Below, piece by piece: positions 17,083 through 27,246 of a stretch of 64,000 nucleotides of DNA. Under the pieces are notes generated by a model that was not told the DNA's origin, did not search any database, and worked only from the letters and a program-made list of their open reading frames with translations. This stretch comes from Cyanobacteria bacterium P01_A01_bin.123 (GTDB lineage Bacteria > Cyanobacteriota > Cyanobacteriia > Phormidesmidales > Phormidesmidaceae). Position numbers and translations under genes: made by a program. Where the stretch lies: positions 1-64,000 of the forward strand of contig JBCBZT010000012.1 in NCBI GenBank assembly GCA_039815185.1, in the 5' to 3' direction. Numbering within the stretch: the first letter of the stretch is position 1; each line of letters begins with the position of its first letter.

Positions 17083-19062
17083 ATGCGTTTTGGTTTTGTG
17101 CTCACGGTTATTTCCGCTGCTCTAGCGGTTGGGTTTGGGGGTAGTACGGCTGCAAGTGCCCGTATCTCTCTGCTTACCGTTGAAAAACATAGGGTTGAAC
17201 CTGTTCAATTTCAGGCCCTAGTTGTATTACCTCTCCCAGCCCAGATTAACCCGTCCCCCCAGCCCCTGGGAGTGGCCAACGCTGAAGAAGCGGTCGAAAT
17301 TGCCGAAAACTTGCCGCCAAATCTACCCCTGAGCCCCCAATGGATTGCTGCTGTTGGGGTATTAATTGGCGCGATCGCCTTTGCGCTAACTGGTGAACGA
17401 GAGCAGGCTAACTACCAGCGGCAGAGACGAGACCTGGCACGCCGACTGGCGACTGAATTTACCCAGAAGCAATCGGTCAAAAATGTCATCGAAATCCTGG
17501 ATTTCGAAGAGTATCGAAAATTTGGCTTTCGCCATCCAGAAACAGGTAAAGCCCTATTTTTTGTGGCCCATGATGCCCGACTAAAGCGGGCTTTGAGGAG
17601 TCACGATCAAATGGTCAAAACCCGTCAAGGCCTAACGACGCTACTCTCTAGCACCACTCCCCCAGATTCTGCTAACGGCCCTGTGGAAAACGATGCTCGG
17701 GTAAAGCAGGCCGTCAGTCACTATGAAAATGAGGAATTTGCTATTGAGATTATTCTGCGTGACTGGTTCGATGACTTTTTAGCGGGGTTAGAGCATTTTG
17801 AAGCCAGCATTCAAAATAAGCTGATTACCCTTAATGACATCAAACCCTATATTCGCTACTGGATTGATCTAATCGGCGATCGCAAAAAGCGACGGGTGGG
17901 CGGTTCTAGCTTTTACGATCAGCTTTCCCACTATATTTATTGGGCTGGGTATGACGGGGTGCAAAGCCTTTTTCAGCGCTTCGGCTACAAAATTCTGCCG
18001 CCCCCCTACAACAGCCATGACTTCCTATCCTTTGGTAAATCTGTTGGTAAATATGACGCTGAACGAGCATTGTGCCTAGCCAAAGCCGCCTACCTTGTTT
18101 ATGAAGACGAAACTTATGTCCGGAGTGTTGTATCCAACTGGTTACAAGGGAAATCCTTTGACGATTGGATGGAAGTCTCGGACGTTAGCTATGTCAAAAC
18201 CATCGTTAAATCTTGGTTGCAAGAAGGCACCCCAAAACGCCATTCTTGCCTCGATTGTGATTTTCACTACATCAATAATTCCAAGAGCGATACCCAAGGC
18301 TTTATGTTCCGTCAGGGCAAGCTGATTGTCTTGGTATTTCGCGGGAGTCAGCAGTTGCAAGACTGGCGGACTAACCTTAGCCTCCGGCTCATGCCCTTTC
18401 GACTGAGTGCGCCCCAGGTCACTGAGCCGCCAGCAGGGGAAGTGCACGTTGGCTTCCAAAGCGCTTGGGAAAGCATAGAGTCTGAAGTGGTTAAAAGACT
18501 GCAAGTCTGGTATACCGAAGCCGCTGCTGCAGGAGAAAAACCTGACTTATGGATCACCGGGCATAGCCTGGGGGGTGCACTAGCGGCCCTTGCGGCAGTA
18601 TCGCTTCAAGTTCAGAGGTTTCAAGTATCAGGTTTGTATACCTTTGGTCAGCCCCGCGTGGGTGACTGGAACTTCGTTAAGACTGTAAATGCCATGTTGG
18701 GCGATCGTTCCTATCGGTTTGTCAACAACAACGACATGGTGCCTTTAATCCCCCCGCAAATTTCGCTAATTAATCCAACTCGGCGCTACGGTCACTTTGG
18801 CCAGTTTCGCTACTTTGACTCCAGCGGCAAGTTATACCTTAAATCTGCCACCTTTGGCTTTTGGCCCGATCGCTTGCTGGGCTTTATTAAAGGCATCAGT
18901 CAGGCTGGTTTTGAAGCCGTATTTGACCACCGCATGGAGTTTTACGTAGCCAATTTGCGCAAAGCGCGGCAGCTTGAAGTTGATCTGCAAAAAATAGAAG
19001 CCGACCAAGCAGCTTTAACCCAGACCGACGGAAAGAAACACAAAACGGAGTCAGCTTCTTAA
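17083..19062 (+). CDS. Class 3 lipase with long N-terminal membrane-anchored extension
   Basis: LVFRGS, VHVGF, nucleophile elbow TGHSLGG, YTFGQPRVGD, NNNDMVP, DH; hydrophobic segments at aa ~1-22 and ~87-102. Confidence 0.85.
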   Translation: MRFGFVLTVISAALAVGFGGSTAASARISLLTVEKHRVEPVQFQALVVLPLPAQINPSPQPLGVANAEEAVEIAENLPPNLPLSPQWIAAVGVLIGAIAFALTGEREQANYQRQRRDLARRLATEFTQKQSVKNVIEILDFEEYRKFGFRHPETGKALFFVAHDARLKRALRSHDQMVKTRQGLTTLLSSTTPPDSANGPVENDARVKQAVSHYENEEFAIEIILRDWFDDFLAGLEHFEASIQNKLITLNDIKPYIRYWIDLIGDRKKRRVGGSSFYDQLSHYIYWAGYDGVQSLFQRFGYKILPPPYNSHDFLSFGKSVGKYDAERALCLAKAAYLVYEDETYVRSVVSNWLQGKSFDDWMEVSDVSYVKTIVKSWLQEGTPKRHSCLDCDFHYINNSKSDTQGFMFRQGKLIVLVFRGSQQLQDWRTNLSLRLMPFRLSAPQVTEPPAGEVHVGFQSAWESIESEVVKRLQVWYTEAAAAGEKPDLWITGHSLGGALAALAAVSLQVQRFQVSGLYTFGQPRVGDWNFVKTVNAMLGDRSYRFVNNNDMVPLIPPQISLINPTRRYGHFGQFRYFDSSGKLYLKSATFGFWPDRLLGFIKGISQAGFEAVFDHRMEFYVANLRKARQLEVDLQKIEADQAALTQTDGKKHKTESAS

Positions 19063-19120
19063 GTCAGTCTATTTCCACTAGGGTAACGATATACCCCTAA
19101 TGGTATGGCAGTTGGTTTTT

Positions 19121-19164
19121 AGCCCACGGTAGGGAAATTACATGCAATTTCCCTACCGTGGGCT
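19121..19164. repeat. Perfect 19-bp-arm hairpin; REP-like element or terminator
   Basis: AGCCCACGGTAGGGAAATT-ACATGC-AATTTCCCTACCGTGGGCT. Confidence 0.7.
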
Positions 19165-19207
19165 GCGAATATAGAAATCTTATGAGGCAAGCAGCATTTA
19201 ATCATGA

Positions 19208-19246
19208 ATAGATTATTGACAATGCTGTAACTATTGTTGCTAGACT
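19208..19246 (+). promoter_or_regulatory. Putative sigma70 promoter of the ndhF3 operon with overlapping NdhR/CcmR-like operator
   Basis: TTGACA at 19216-19221; TGcTAGACT extended -10 at 19238-19246 (19-bp spacer, long); ATAG-N8-CAAT at 19208-19223, one mismatch from ATAG-N8-CTAT; ACAAT-N9-ATTGT dyad at 19219-19237. Confidence 0.55.
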
Positions 19247-19253
19247 TAAATCT

Positions 19254-21149
19254 ATGGATTTAGAAAAAGCTATGCTCCAGTTTCTACTCCGAACAGTTTG
19301 GTTAATTCCTTTTTACCCCCTGCTTGGGATGGTGCTGTCAACGCTTTGGTCGCCGTCGATTATTCGCCGAACGGGGCCTAGGCCAGCCGGATATGTCAAT
19401 CTCGTGATGACGCTGATTACCTTTGGCCACGCCATCGGTGCCTACTTTGAAGTCTGGCAGCAGACCCCAATCTACACTACCTTTTCATGGTTGCAGGTCG
19501 CTGATCTAGACCTGTCTGTGTCAATCGAGATTTCTGCTACTACGTTGGCTGCGATCATCGTCATCACGGGACTAAACTTCTTGGCTCAACTTTATGCCGT
19601 GGGTTATCTCGAGATGGATTGGGGATGGGCTCGATTTTTCTCACTGCTGGCGCTGTTTGAAGCAGGGATGTGTAGTCTGGCGTTGTGCAATTCGCTGTTT
19701 TTTAGCTATATCGTGCTAGAAATTTTGACGTTGGGGACTTACTTGCTGGTGGGGGTTTGGTATAACCAGTCGCTGGTGGTTACCGGAGCGCGAGATGCCT
19801 TTTTAACCAAGCGGATTGGGGATTTGTTCTTGCTGATGGGCGTATTGGCCATTTATCCCCTGGCAGGAACTTGGAACTTTAATGAACTGGCAGCATGGGC
19901 CCCAACTGCCTCGGTGGATCCGAACCTAATGGCTCTGCTGGGACTCGCGTTAATCGCTGGCCCAATGGGCAAATGTGCTCAGTTCCCTCTGCACCTGTGG
20001 TTAGATGAAGCCATGGAAGGCCCAATGCCCGGCAGTGTTTTGCGGAATGCGGTGGTTGTGGCAACTGGGGCTTGGGTGCTGATCAAGCTGTCTCCGGTGT
20101 TAGCATTATCCCCGTTTGTGCTGCAGACCATTGTTGTTGTTGGCGCAGTCACTGCAGTGGGTGCAACCCTGATTGCGATCGCTCAAATTGATATCAAGCG
20201 GGCCTTGTCCTATTCCGTGAGTGCATACATGGGCTTGATTTTTATTGCCGTTGGCACACAGCAGACTCAAGCAGCTTATTTGCTAATGCTGGCCCACGCA
20301 ATGGCAATGGCATTGTTGGTCATGAGCACGGGGTCTATCGTCTTAAACAACATCACGCAGGATCTAACGCAGCTTGGGGGGCTATGGAGTCGTCGTCCGA
20401 TTTCGGGACTGAGCTATTTAGTCGGTGCCGCTGGGTTAATTGCTATTCCCCCCTTGGGTGGGTTTTGGGCCATGTTGACGCTAGCAGACGGATTATGGCC
20501 AGATCGCCCCGGACTGTTTGTAACGCTACTCGGGGTAAATGCGTTGACGGCCTTTAGTCTGATGCGTGAATTTGGTCTCATTTTCGCGGGTAAGCAGCAA
20601 CAGATGACCGTGCGATCGCCTGAAAATATTTGGGCTATTACCCTACCGATGGCGGTTTTAGCTGGCTTCACGCTGCACTTGCCGCTGATTTTGCAAGGCT
20701 TAAATCTGCTACCTGACTGGGCGAAGCTGAATAAAGATTTAGCCCTACTCGTCATATGGTCAAGCCTCATCGGCATTACGCTAGGAGCCGTGCTGTATAT
20801 GCGACAGTCTGTTACTAAGCCGATTCAGCTACCGGGTAAACCGTTGCAAAACTTTTTCGCCTATGACTTTTATACACCTAAGCTGTACCGTTCTAGTGTC
20901 GTTTTTGCCGTTGATTGGTTCTCTCGTCTAACGGATTGGGTGGATCGGCATGTGGTTGATGGGGCGGTCAATCTGGTTGGATTTGTTTCCCTCTTTAGTG
21001 GTGAAACGCTGAAGTACGGCAATATTGGCCAAACCCGCTTCTATGTTTTAACGATTCTCTCTGGGGTAGTCTTGCTGATTTTATTGGTCAGTTGGCCTCT
21101 CTTTACAGATATCTGGAGCCAAATGTGGCTTGAGCTACATCCCGTTTGA
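19254..21149 (+). CDS. ndhF3: NAD(P)H dehydrogenase subunit F3 (CO2 uptake)
   Basis: RRTGPRPAGY, GYLEMDWGWARFF, KCAQFPLHLWLDEAMEGP; first gene of the D3-cupA-cupS operon. True start may be ATG 19272. Confidence 0.93.
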   Translation: MDLEKAMLQFLLRTVWLIPFYPLLGMVLSTLWSPSIIRRTGPRPAGYVNLVMTLITFGHAIGAYFEVWQQTPIYTTFSWLQVADLDLSVSIEISATTLAAIIVITGLNFLAQLYAVGYLEMDWGWARFFSLLALFEAGMCSLALCNSLFFSYIVLEILTLGTYLLVGVWYNQSLVVTGARDAFLTKRIGDLFLLMGVLAIYPLAGTWNFNELAAWAPTASVDPNLMALLGLALIAGPMGKCAQFPLHLWLDEAMEGPMPGSVLRNAVVVATGAWVLIKLSPVLALSPFVLQTIVVVGAVTAVGATLIAIAQIDIKRALSYSVSAYMGLIFIAVGTQQTQAAYLLMLAHAMAMALLVMSTGSIVLNNITQDLTQLGGLWSRRPISGLSYLVGAAGLIAIPPLGGFWAMLTLADGLWPDRPGLFVTLLGVNALTAFSLMREFGLIFAGKQQQMTVRSPENIWAITLPMAVLAGFTLHLPLILQGLNLLPDWAKLNKDLALLVIWSSLIGITLGAVLYMRQSVTKPIQLPGKPLQNFFAYDFYTPKLYRSSVVFAVDWFSRLTDWVDRHVVDGAVNLVGFVSLFSGETLKYGNIGQTRFYVLTILSGVVLLILLVSWPLFTDIWSQMWLELHPV

Positions 21150-21276
21150 AAGTTTGAGTTTTGATTTAAGAAAAAAATGGCTCAGGTTGTGAAAAGGCTC
21201 ATTAAGCAACAACAAGCAGACAATCCCTGTCAAATAATGTTGTTTTCCGCTCATTGTCGTCGCTCAGAACTGGACT

Positions 21277-22824
21277 ATGCTTAGCGCACTCATTTGGATA
21301 CCTTTTATCGGAGCGATTGTTGTTGGCTGTCTGCCCAAGACAATCCCTGCCCATCGCGTCAAGCTGGGATCGCTGATTTTATCCGGAGCTGCGCTACTAT
21401 GGCCCCTTTGGTTGATGAGCCAGTTTGATCTCACCAGCACGGACTTTCAGTTTCAGGAAACCCTGCCCTGGCTAGAAACCTTGGGCTTGAACTACGAATT
21501 GGGCGTTGATGGTTTATCATTGCCCTTGCTTGTGCTAAACGGCCTGCTCACTTGGATTGCCATTTACAGCACACGTGAGCAAACAGAGCGACATCGCCTC
21601 TTTTATGGGCTGGTCTTGCTGGTGAGCAGTGGTGTCGCGGGTGCGTTGCTGGCTCAAAATCTGCTGCTCTTTTTCTTGTTCTATGAAATTGAGCTGATTC
21701 CGTTTTACCTGCTGGTGTCGGTCTGGGGGGGGCAAAATCGCGGCTATGCGGCCACTAAGTTTTTGCTCTATACGGCTGCTTCTGGCGTCTTGATTCTGGC
21801 TGGATTCTTAGGATTGGCTTGGCTCAGCAACGCCACTAGTTTTTCCTACAGTGCTTTTTTAGAGCAGTCGTTACCTCTAAATGTTCAGTTCATCCTACTC
21901 GGTCTGTTGCTGGTGGGTTTTGGCATCAAGACGCCCTTGGTTCCTCTCCATACCTGGCTACCAGACACCTACGTGGCTGCTTCAACACCGGTGGCGATTT
22001 TGCTAGGGGGGGTGTTGGCTAAACTGGGAACCTACGGCATTTTCCGCTTTGGCCTAGGGCTGTTCCCCGATGCTTGGGCGGTACTTTCTCCTTGGCTGGC
22101 AACTTGGGCGGCTGTGAGTGTGCTTTATGGGGCGATGGCCGCGATCGCTCAAAAGGATATCAAGCGCATGGTGGCTTACAGCTCGATTGGGCACATGGGC
22201 TACATTCTGCTGGGCGGTGCCGCGATGACCAACCTCAGCATTGTCGGAGCAGTTGCGCAAATGTTTGCCCACGGATTGATCTTAGCGCTGCTGTTTCACC
22301 TAGTCGGGTTAGTTGAGATCAAAGTCGGTACCCGTGATTTAAACGTGCTCAACGGCTTGATGAATCCGGTCCGGGGGTTGCCTTTGGTCAGTGCGCTACT
22401 CGTATTAGGGGGCATGGCCAGTGCCGGTATTCCGGGTCTGGTTGGCTTCGTTGCCGAGTTTGTCGTTTTTCAGGGGAGCTATGCAGTCTTTCCCCTCCAG
22501 ACGTTGGTTTGCGTCATTGGCACGGGGCTAACCGCCGTCTATTTCGTGATTCTGCTGAATCGAACCTGCTTTGGAAAACTCGACAACGCGATCGCCTATT
22601 TTCCCAGAATGGAATGGTTTGAACGCACCCCAGCGTTGATTCTAGCCTGGCTCATTTTTCTACTTGGCGTTCAACCCGGTTGGCTCATGCGCTGGAGCGA
22701 GACCACTACCCAACAAATGGCGATTGCCACCAAAACTACGCTTCAAATTGCTCAAGATTCCTTCCGCCCGGCTCCTATGTCCGGTATAGATGCGATTAAT
22801 CGTGCCTCTGCCAACCCCGATTAA
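21277..22824 (+). CDS. ndhD3: NAD(P)H dehydrogenase subunit D3 (NuoM-like)
   Basis: LGVDGLSLPL, FYEIELIP, PLHTWLPD, KLGTYG, NRTCFGKLDN; operon context. Confidence 0.93.
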   Translation: MLSALIWIPFIGAIVVGCLPKTIPAHRVKLGSLILSGAALLWPLWLMSQFDLTSTDFQFQETLPWLETLGLNYELGVDGLSLPLLVLNGLLTWIAIYSTREQTERHRLFYGLVLLVSSGVAGALLAQNLLLFFLFYEIELIPFYLLVSVWGGQNRGYAATKFLLYTAASGVLILAGFLGLAWLSNATSFSYSAFLEQSLPLNVQFILLGLLLVGFGIKTPLVPLHTWLPDTYVAASTPVAILLGGVLAKLGTYGIFRFGLGLFPDAWAVLSPWLATWAAVSVLYGAMAAIAQKDIKRMVAYSSIGHMGYILLGGAAMTNLSIVGAVAQMFAHGLILALLFHLVGLVEIKVGTRDLNVLNGLMNPVRGLPLVSALLVLGGMASAGIPGLVGFVAEFVVFQGSYAVFPLQTLVCVIGTGLTAVYFVILLNRTCFGKLDNAIAYFPRMEWFERTPALILAWLIFLLGVQPGWLMRWSETTTQQMAIATKTTLQIAQDSFRPAPMSGIDAINRASANPD

Positions 22825-22875
22825 TTTGGGCTCCCCCAACCCACATAACTCTCCCTCATTCTCACCTCTTGAACC

Positions 22876-24180
22876 ATGACTTCTACACCCACCCTCCCCT
22901 CATCTCCCACCAAACTGCCTCCTTCGCAACATCCCTTTGCTGATATCATCCATCGCTTGGAATCTGGCGGTGCCATGTTGCCCGACACCCCGGAAAACCT
23001 GATGCAGATCATCGGCATCTACAAAGCCTATGCGGTGCCAATGGATTTTTACTGGCGCGATCTGCTTTATATTGCCGAACGCGTGTTTCTAAATCCGCTG
23101 CCTTTTTTCAAATACTTTTTGCCAAAATCTTATCTAGATCTGCCCAATCACTATGCCGGAGATAGCGCCGACCTACGCATTTGGCGAGGGGAAGCGACGG
23201 CCCACCCGGAACTGCTGGCCTTTATGGAAAAAGGAGAAGTCAATCGCAAACTGCCGAAGCTGTTTCATCACCTCTGGCACGATCGGGTCAACATGGAGTT
23301 TGCCGAAGCCTGTATGCGGGCTATGTTTTGGCACCGCGATATGGGAGGTCAGTTTGATCCGTATCTGGATACCGATGAGTATAAAGCCAACGCCGATCGC
23401 GCTATTCGGGCCTATTTCAAAGGCAACCCGGCCATGCTAGGGCTCTATAAGCTGTTTCCAGACATGTTTATCGAGCAGGTCAGACAGCTCTCTTACTACG
23501 CTAACCTGGGCTTGTTTTGGGAAGTGATGGCCCCCGTCTTTTTTGAAATGTCTGACCTCTATGACGAGGGTAAGCTCACCAGTGTCCCCGAGGCTATGAA
23601 TTTCTTGGTGAATGGCATTTTTGCGATCGCTGGACGCCCCATTTACCACCATGTCTACATTGGGGATGAATGCTACGAAATCATCCCTAAATCAAAGGGT
23701 TTTACCTGGCTCTACGAAGCTGCACTACCTTATGTCGAAGCGGTGTTTTATCGCACCGCCCCATTTCGTGGTACTAAGTCTTATAATGCTCAAGCCAAAG
23801 AAGTGCCCGATGACCAAAACGACTTTCATTACGGCATTCTATATGCTGATGTTTTTCCAGTCGGGTCTGCAGGCATTCCCCCCACGCTGCTGATGCAGGA
23901 TATGCTGCACTTTCTGCCACCCTACCTGCAAGACTACTACCAACAGCATTGTCGGGGCGAAGACGACATGTTAATTCAGCTAGGGATTACCTTTCAGCGG
24001 TCGATGTACTGCGTTACCTCAGCCGTGATTCAAGCCCTGAGAAATGCGCTGCTTTACCCGCTAGACGATCCGAATCCTAAGCATTTGAAGGCCAATCGTG
24101 CTTTCTTTGAAGCGCAACTCGATCGCTTTAAGCGCCCTGAAGCGCGTCTGCGCAATATTCAGCAACCAGATTATCGCTAG
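22876..24180 (+). CDS. cupA: CO2 hydration protein CupA (ChpY)
   Basis: [56 protein letters not shown]; 434 aa, the long CupA type. Confidence 0.95.
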   Translation: MTSTPTLPSSPTKLPPSQHPFADIIHRLESGGAMLPDTPENLMQIIGIYKAYAVPMDFYWRDLLYIAERVFLNPLPFFKYFLPKSYLDLPNHYAGDSADLRIWRGEATAHPELLAFMEKGEVNRKLPKLFHHLWHDRVNMEFAEACMRAMFWHRDMGGQFDPYLDTDEYKANADRAIRAYFKGNPAMLGLYKLFPDMFIEQVRQLSYYANLGLFWEVMAPVFFEMSDLYDEGKLTSVPEAMNFLVNGIFAIAGRPIYHHVYIGDECYEIIPKSKGFTWLYEAALPYVEAVFYRTAPFRGTKSYNAQAKEVPDDQNDFHYGILYADVFPVGSAGIPPTLLMQDMLHFLPPYLQDYYQQHCRGEDDMLIQLGITFQRSMYCVTSAVIQALRNALLYPLDDPNPKHLKANRAFFEAQLDRFKRPEARLRNIQQPDYR

Positions 24181-24196
24181 GAGAGATCTTTGCATC

Positions 24197-24598
24197 ATGC
24201 CCGACATTGTTGATATCGCCGTCAATACGGAAGGTTTTGAAACCCTTGTGGCGGCAGTCAAAGCCGCAGGACTGGTCGAGACGCTGAAATCGCCAGGCCC
24301 GTTCACCGTCTTCGCTCCGATCGATCAAGCCTTTGCCAATTTGCCCCCCGGCACTGTGCAAACACTTGTCCAAAACCCCCCCCAACTGGCCCGCATCCTC
24401 ACCTTCCATGTGGTATCAGGGAAGCTAATGAAAGCAGACTTGGCCCAGCATAGCAGCGTTACCTCGGTTGAGGGTTCTCCCATTCCGATTGATGTGACGG
24501 ACAGTTTTGAAGTGAAAAATGCCACTGTTGTCGCTGCTGATATCGAGGCAGATAATGGCGTGATTCATGTTATTGATCGTGTTATTTTGATGGGCTAA
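24197..24598 (+). CDS. cupS: Fasciclin-domain subunit CupS
   Basis: MPDIVDIAV...GPFTVFAP...[10 protein letters not shown]; 133 aa from ATG 24197 with AGGAG upstream; directly after cupA. Confidence 0.9.
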   Translation: MPDIVDIAVNTEGFETLVAAVKAAGLVETLKSPGPFTVFAPIDQAFANLPPGTVQTLVQNPPQLARILTFHVVSGKLMKADLAQHSSVTSVEGSPIPIDVTDSFEVKNATVVAADIEADNGVIHVIDRVILMG

Positions 24599-24606
24599 CG
24601 GAAAAC

Positions 24607-24631
24607 GGGAATGTTGCATTGCAACATTCCC
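24607..24631. terminator. Palindrome between convergent cupS and OMP genes
   Basis: GGGAATGTTGCA-T-TGCAACATTCCC. Confidence 0.6.
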
Positions 24632-24697
24632 TAGAGACCTCATTGATTAAACTTGAACTAACTAACTCACGTAAATAGGGCTAGACATTCCCTCAGG

Positions 24698-25186
24698 TTA
24701 GAAGTTGTAGCCCAGGCCGATAACACCGCTGACGCGGGTGTCATCATAGAAGTTGACATTAACCGCACCATTCGCAGTCAGGCGATCGGTGATGCGATAG
24801 TCAACACCAGCTGTCGCCATAGGGCCGATGTCATCGCTCCCGGCGGTGGTATAAGCAACCCCTGCACCCAGGTAGGGTAACAGGCGACCGTCAGGCGTGA
24901 GGGAGTTGAAGTCGTAGGTGACAGGCAGCGTGAATTGAGTAGCGCCATCGTCGCTGAAGTTGAGGTCAGAGGCCACACCAGGGCGAACAGAGATGTGATC
25001 GTAAACGGTAATCTTGCTGTTGATAGCTAAGCCGACATCGCTGTCTCCGCCTAGATCACCGACGCTGACACCAGCACCGACGTAGTTGTAGTCGGTATCT
25101 AGGGCTTGAGCATTGGCTGCAAGAGGGGCAACTGCGATCGCAGCGGCGACAATACTAGCGGGAATCAAAACGTTGCGTAGTTTCAT
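24698..25186 (-). CDS. Small outer-membrane beta-barrel protein (probably 8-stranded, OmpA/OmpW-like)
   Basis: Signal peptide (AANAQA), alternating beta strands, PYLGAGVAY, C-terminal GLGYNF with terminal Phe. Confidence 0.82.
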   Translation of the reverse strand: MKLRNVLIPASIVAAAIAVAPLAANAQALDTDYNYVGAGVSVGDLGGDSDVGLAINSKITVYDHISVRPGVASDLNFSDDGATQFTLPVTYDFNSLTPDGRLLPYLGAGVAYTTAGSDDIGPMATAGVDYRITDRLTANGAVNVNFYDDTRVSGVIGLGYNF

Positions 25187-25554
25187 GATTTCACTCCAAA
25201 AGGTTTAGGGAATACACAACCGAACGAAATTAACGTTGCGTTTTACAGGGTTATTGTTAGTCAAAGCAGGCTAATTGAGTTGAATTTCAAAGAACTAAAC
25301 TTTAGATTTTGCCTTGGCTTTAACTAAGCGTATGTCCGATCCGTTCACTGAATGACTTCAGGAATGAGGGACTGTATTTAGGCGCTTCAGGTTTTTTGTG
25401 CGCTTGATTATGTTGTAACGCGGGGGATAATCTCTGCTGGATAAAATCGTGACAGTTCTTAGAGTGGCTTAGTATTGTTACCCGCTTGGGGATACTCAAA
25501 GATTGAGCGAAAATGACTGATGAGTAAAGGGTTGACGCGATCGCACCAGATTTT

Positions 25555-26463
25555 CTAGGCTACGGCTAAATGGGTTTTTAGAAATCCACGTAGCACCCCT
25601 GTCACAGGGGCGGGTTGTTCCAAGTGGGGCAGTACACCGGCATCTTCAATGGCATAAAACTGCACGATTGCCTGGGGATTCAACCGCGCCAGCCGTCGCC
25701 CTACGGAAACATCGCTAAAGCGTGAACGTTCACCCCAGACAAAGGCTGTCGGCACGGTTAACTGTTGTATGTAATAGGCCAAATCACAACACAAATCCCC
25801 TTTAAGTGAAGCCAGAGCAGCGTAGTCGGCGTGTGTTTTTTGGGCAGAAGATAGGTAGGCATTGACCATTTCTGGCGTGATACGCTTGGGGTCAGCAAAT
25901 AGAAAATTGGTTAAAAACGTCGTGACGGCCAATTCATTCGCTGCCCCAAGGGTGTAAATCCAGTGATCAAGACCAGGGGTGCCTGCCAACTGTGCACCAA
26001 CCGTGCGGCGATAGTCTTTGCCAAAATCGGCATAGCCCGATGGCGACACCAAAAACAATCCGCGAAATAAGTCAGGACGACTGATGGCAAGACGGATCAC
26101 GATTGAGGCCGTTAGGGAGGTTGCGGCGACAACTGTAGGGGGCGCAACGATTGTTTCCAGCAGTTGGGTCAGAATTTGAAAGTAGTCGTTGATGGCATAG
26201 GCATGTTCCGGGTGAGCTGAGTCGCCCCATCCTACTAAATCTGGTGCGATGACTCGGTATTCCGGGGCCAAGGCCGGATATACCTTTGTCCATTCATAGG
26301 CTGAAGAACCGCCCCCTAAACTATGCAGAAATACCAGGGAGAGATTTTCAATCCCTTCAGCTTCAGTTCTCCAGGGCGCAGCGGTGGGGCTATAGTAAGC
26401 CATCTTGCCCAAGATCGTATCCATCCACTGTTGGCTAAAGCCTACGGGTTGAAATTGTTGCAT
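25555..26463 (-). CDS. Alpha/beta hydrolase fold protein
   Basis: VFLHSLGGGSSAYEW, APDLVGWGDS, PHLEQP; nucleophile elbow atypical (ATSLT). Confidence 0.85.
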   Translation of the reverse strand: MQQFQPVGFSQQWMDTILGKMAYYSPTAAPWRTEAEGIENLSLVFLHSLGGGSSAYEWTKVYPALAPEYRVIAPDLVGWGDSAHPEHAYAINDYFQILTQLLETIVAPPTVVAATSLTASIVIRLAISRPDLFRGLFLVSPSGYADFGKDYRRTVGAQLAGTPGLDHWIYTLGAANELAVTTFLTNFLFADPKRITPEMVNAYLSSAQKTHADYAALASLKGDLCCDLAYYIQQLTVPTAFVWGERSRFSDVSVGRRLARLNPQAIVQFYAIEDAGVLPHLEQPAPVTGVLRGFLKTHLAVA

Positions 26464-26542
26464 AGCTTAGGCAAAGAGAGAGAAACCCTATCCTATTGGA
26501 AGCCTTAAATTTTTAGCCTGGGGAAACTGTGGATCTCAATAT

Positions 26543-26583
26543 GGGCAAAACTTAGTACAAAATGAGCAAGATTTAGTACAAAC
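26543..26583. repeat. Imperfect 21-bp direct tandem repeat in intergenic DNA
   Basis: GGGCAAAACTTAGTACAAAAT / GAGCAAGATTTAGTACAAAC. Confidence 0.45.
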
Positions 26584-26591
26584 AGGCGTGT

Positions 26592-26879
26592 CTAATGGGG
26601 CGGTGGCGGCCGATGGGACAGACCCAGCATTGGCATTTGAGGCCGAGATGATTGGCTTGGTAAAGCGCGCAGTGGTGGGTTTGGTGGCGCAGCCAACGAA
26701 GATTGGTGACGGCGAGTTAGCAACCGAAACGCGATCGCCCCCCCTGCACCGATCAAACCCAACGCTAGCAAGGGAACTTGCCCTTGAAAACCACCAATAA
26801 GTACATCCACAAGCCCCATCGTCACAATCGTGCTGATGATGGGTTCGCGCCGATAAGCTGACTTAATTGATCGAGGCAT
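26592..26879 (-). CDS. Small cyanobacterial-type hypothetical membrane protein
   Basis: YRREPIISTIVTMGLVDVLIGG, two TM segments, C-terminal ALPSQSSRPQMPML. Confidence 0.7.
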   Translation of the reverse strand: MPRSIKSAYRREPIISTIVTMGLVDVLIGGFQGQVPLLALGLIGAGGAIAFRLLTRRHQSSLAAPPNPPLRALPSQSSRPQMPMLGLSHRPPPPH

Positions 26880-26904
26880 GAATACGCTTTGACCTCTCTA
26901 ACCT

Positions 26905-27075
26905 CTAAGCTAATCCTAACCAGCTCAAAATACCTTTGCCCGTAATCAACTCAATCACCACGGTGAGTACAAATCCCACCATGGCAGCACGACCATTCAT
27001 ACGCTCGGCATACTCGTTAAATCCAGTTTTGGGGCGTGAAATGTTGGGGGTTGCAGAGGGGGTAATTTCAGGCAT
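26905..27075 (-). CDS. hliD: High-light-inducible protein (HLIP/SCP), HliD-like, 56 aa; absent from ORF track
   Basis: Manual translation MPEITPSATPNISRPKTGFNEYAERMNGRAAMVGFVLTVVIELITGKGILSWLGLA*; chlorophyll-binding ExxNGRxAM motif. Paralogue assignment is by recalled similarity. Confidence 0.9.
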   Translation of the reverse strand: MPEITPSATPNISRPKTGFNEYAERMNGRAAMVGFVLTVVIELITGKGILSWLGLA

Positions 27076-27246
27076 GGTAATACAATTTTTATAAATCTAT
27101 TTTGACGGGAGTAACAACCAGTCACAATGGCGGATCACCGCATGTGGGGCAGATTTTGCTACTTTCATTAAGTATTGTATCCTAAGTGCTGAGTTTGACT
27201 TGGGTTAACTGCCTAAAAGCGGGTATTTATCCCTATGAATCAATAA

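Noticed and set aside
24098..24196. N-terminal extensions given by the ORF track for cupS (also tldE from 55679 and efp from 61372)
   Set aside because: The cupS and tldE extensions overlap upstream genes, and all three precede the conserved family N-terminus; internal ATG starts fit better.
26551..26590. LexA boxes at AGTAC half-sites
   Set aside because: No matching second half-site; better explained as a 21-bp direct repeat.
27121..27200. HLR1 (RpaB) site upstream of the hli gene
   Set aside because: Only one weak half-site (GATACAAT) is visible.
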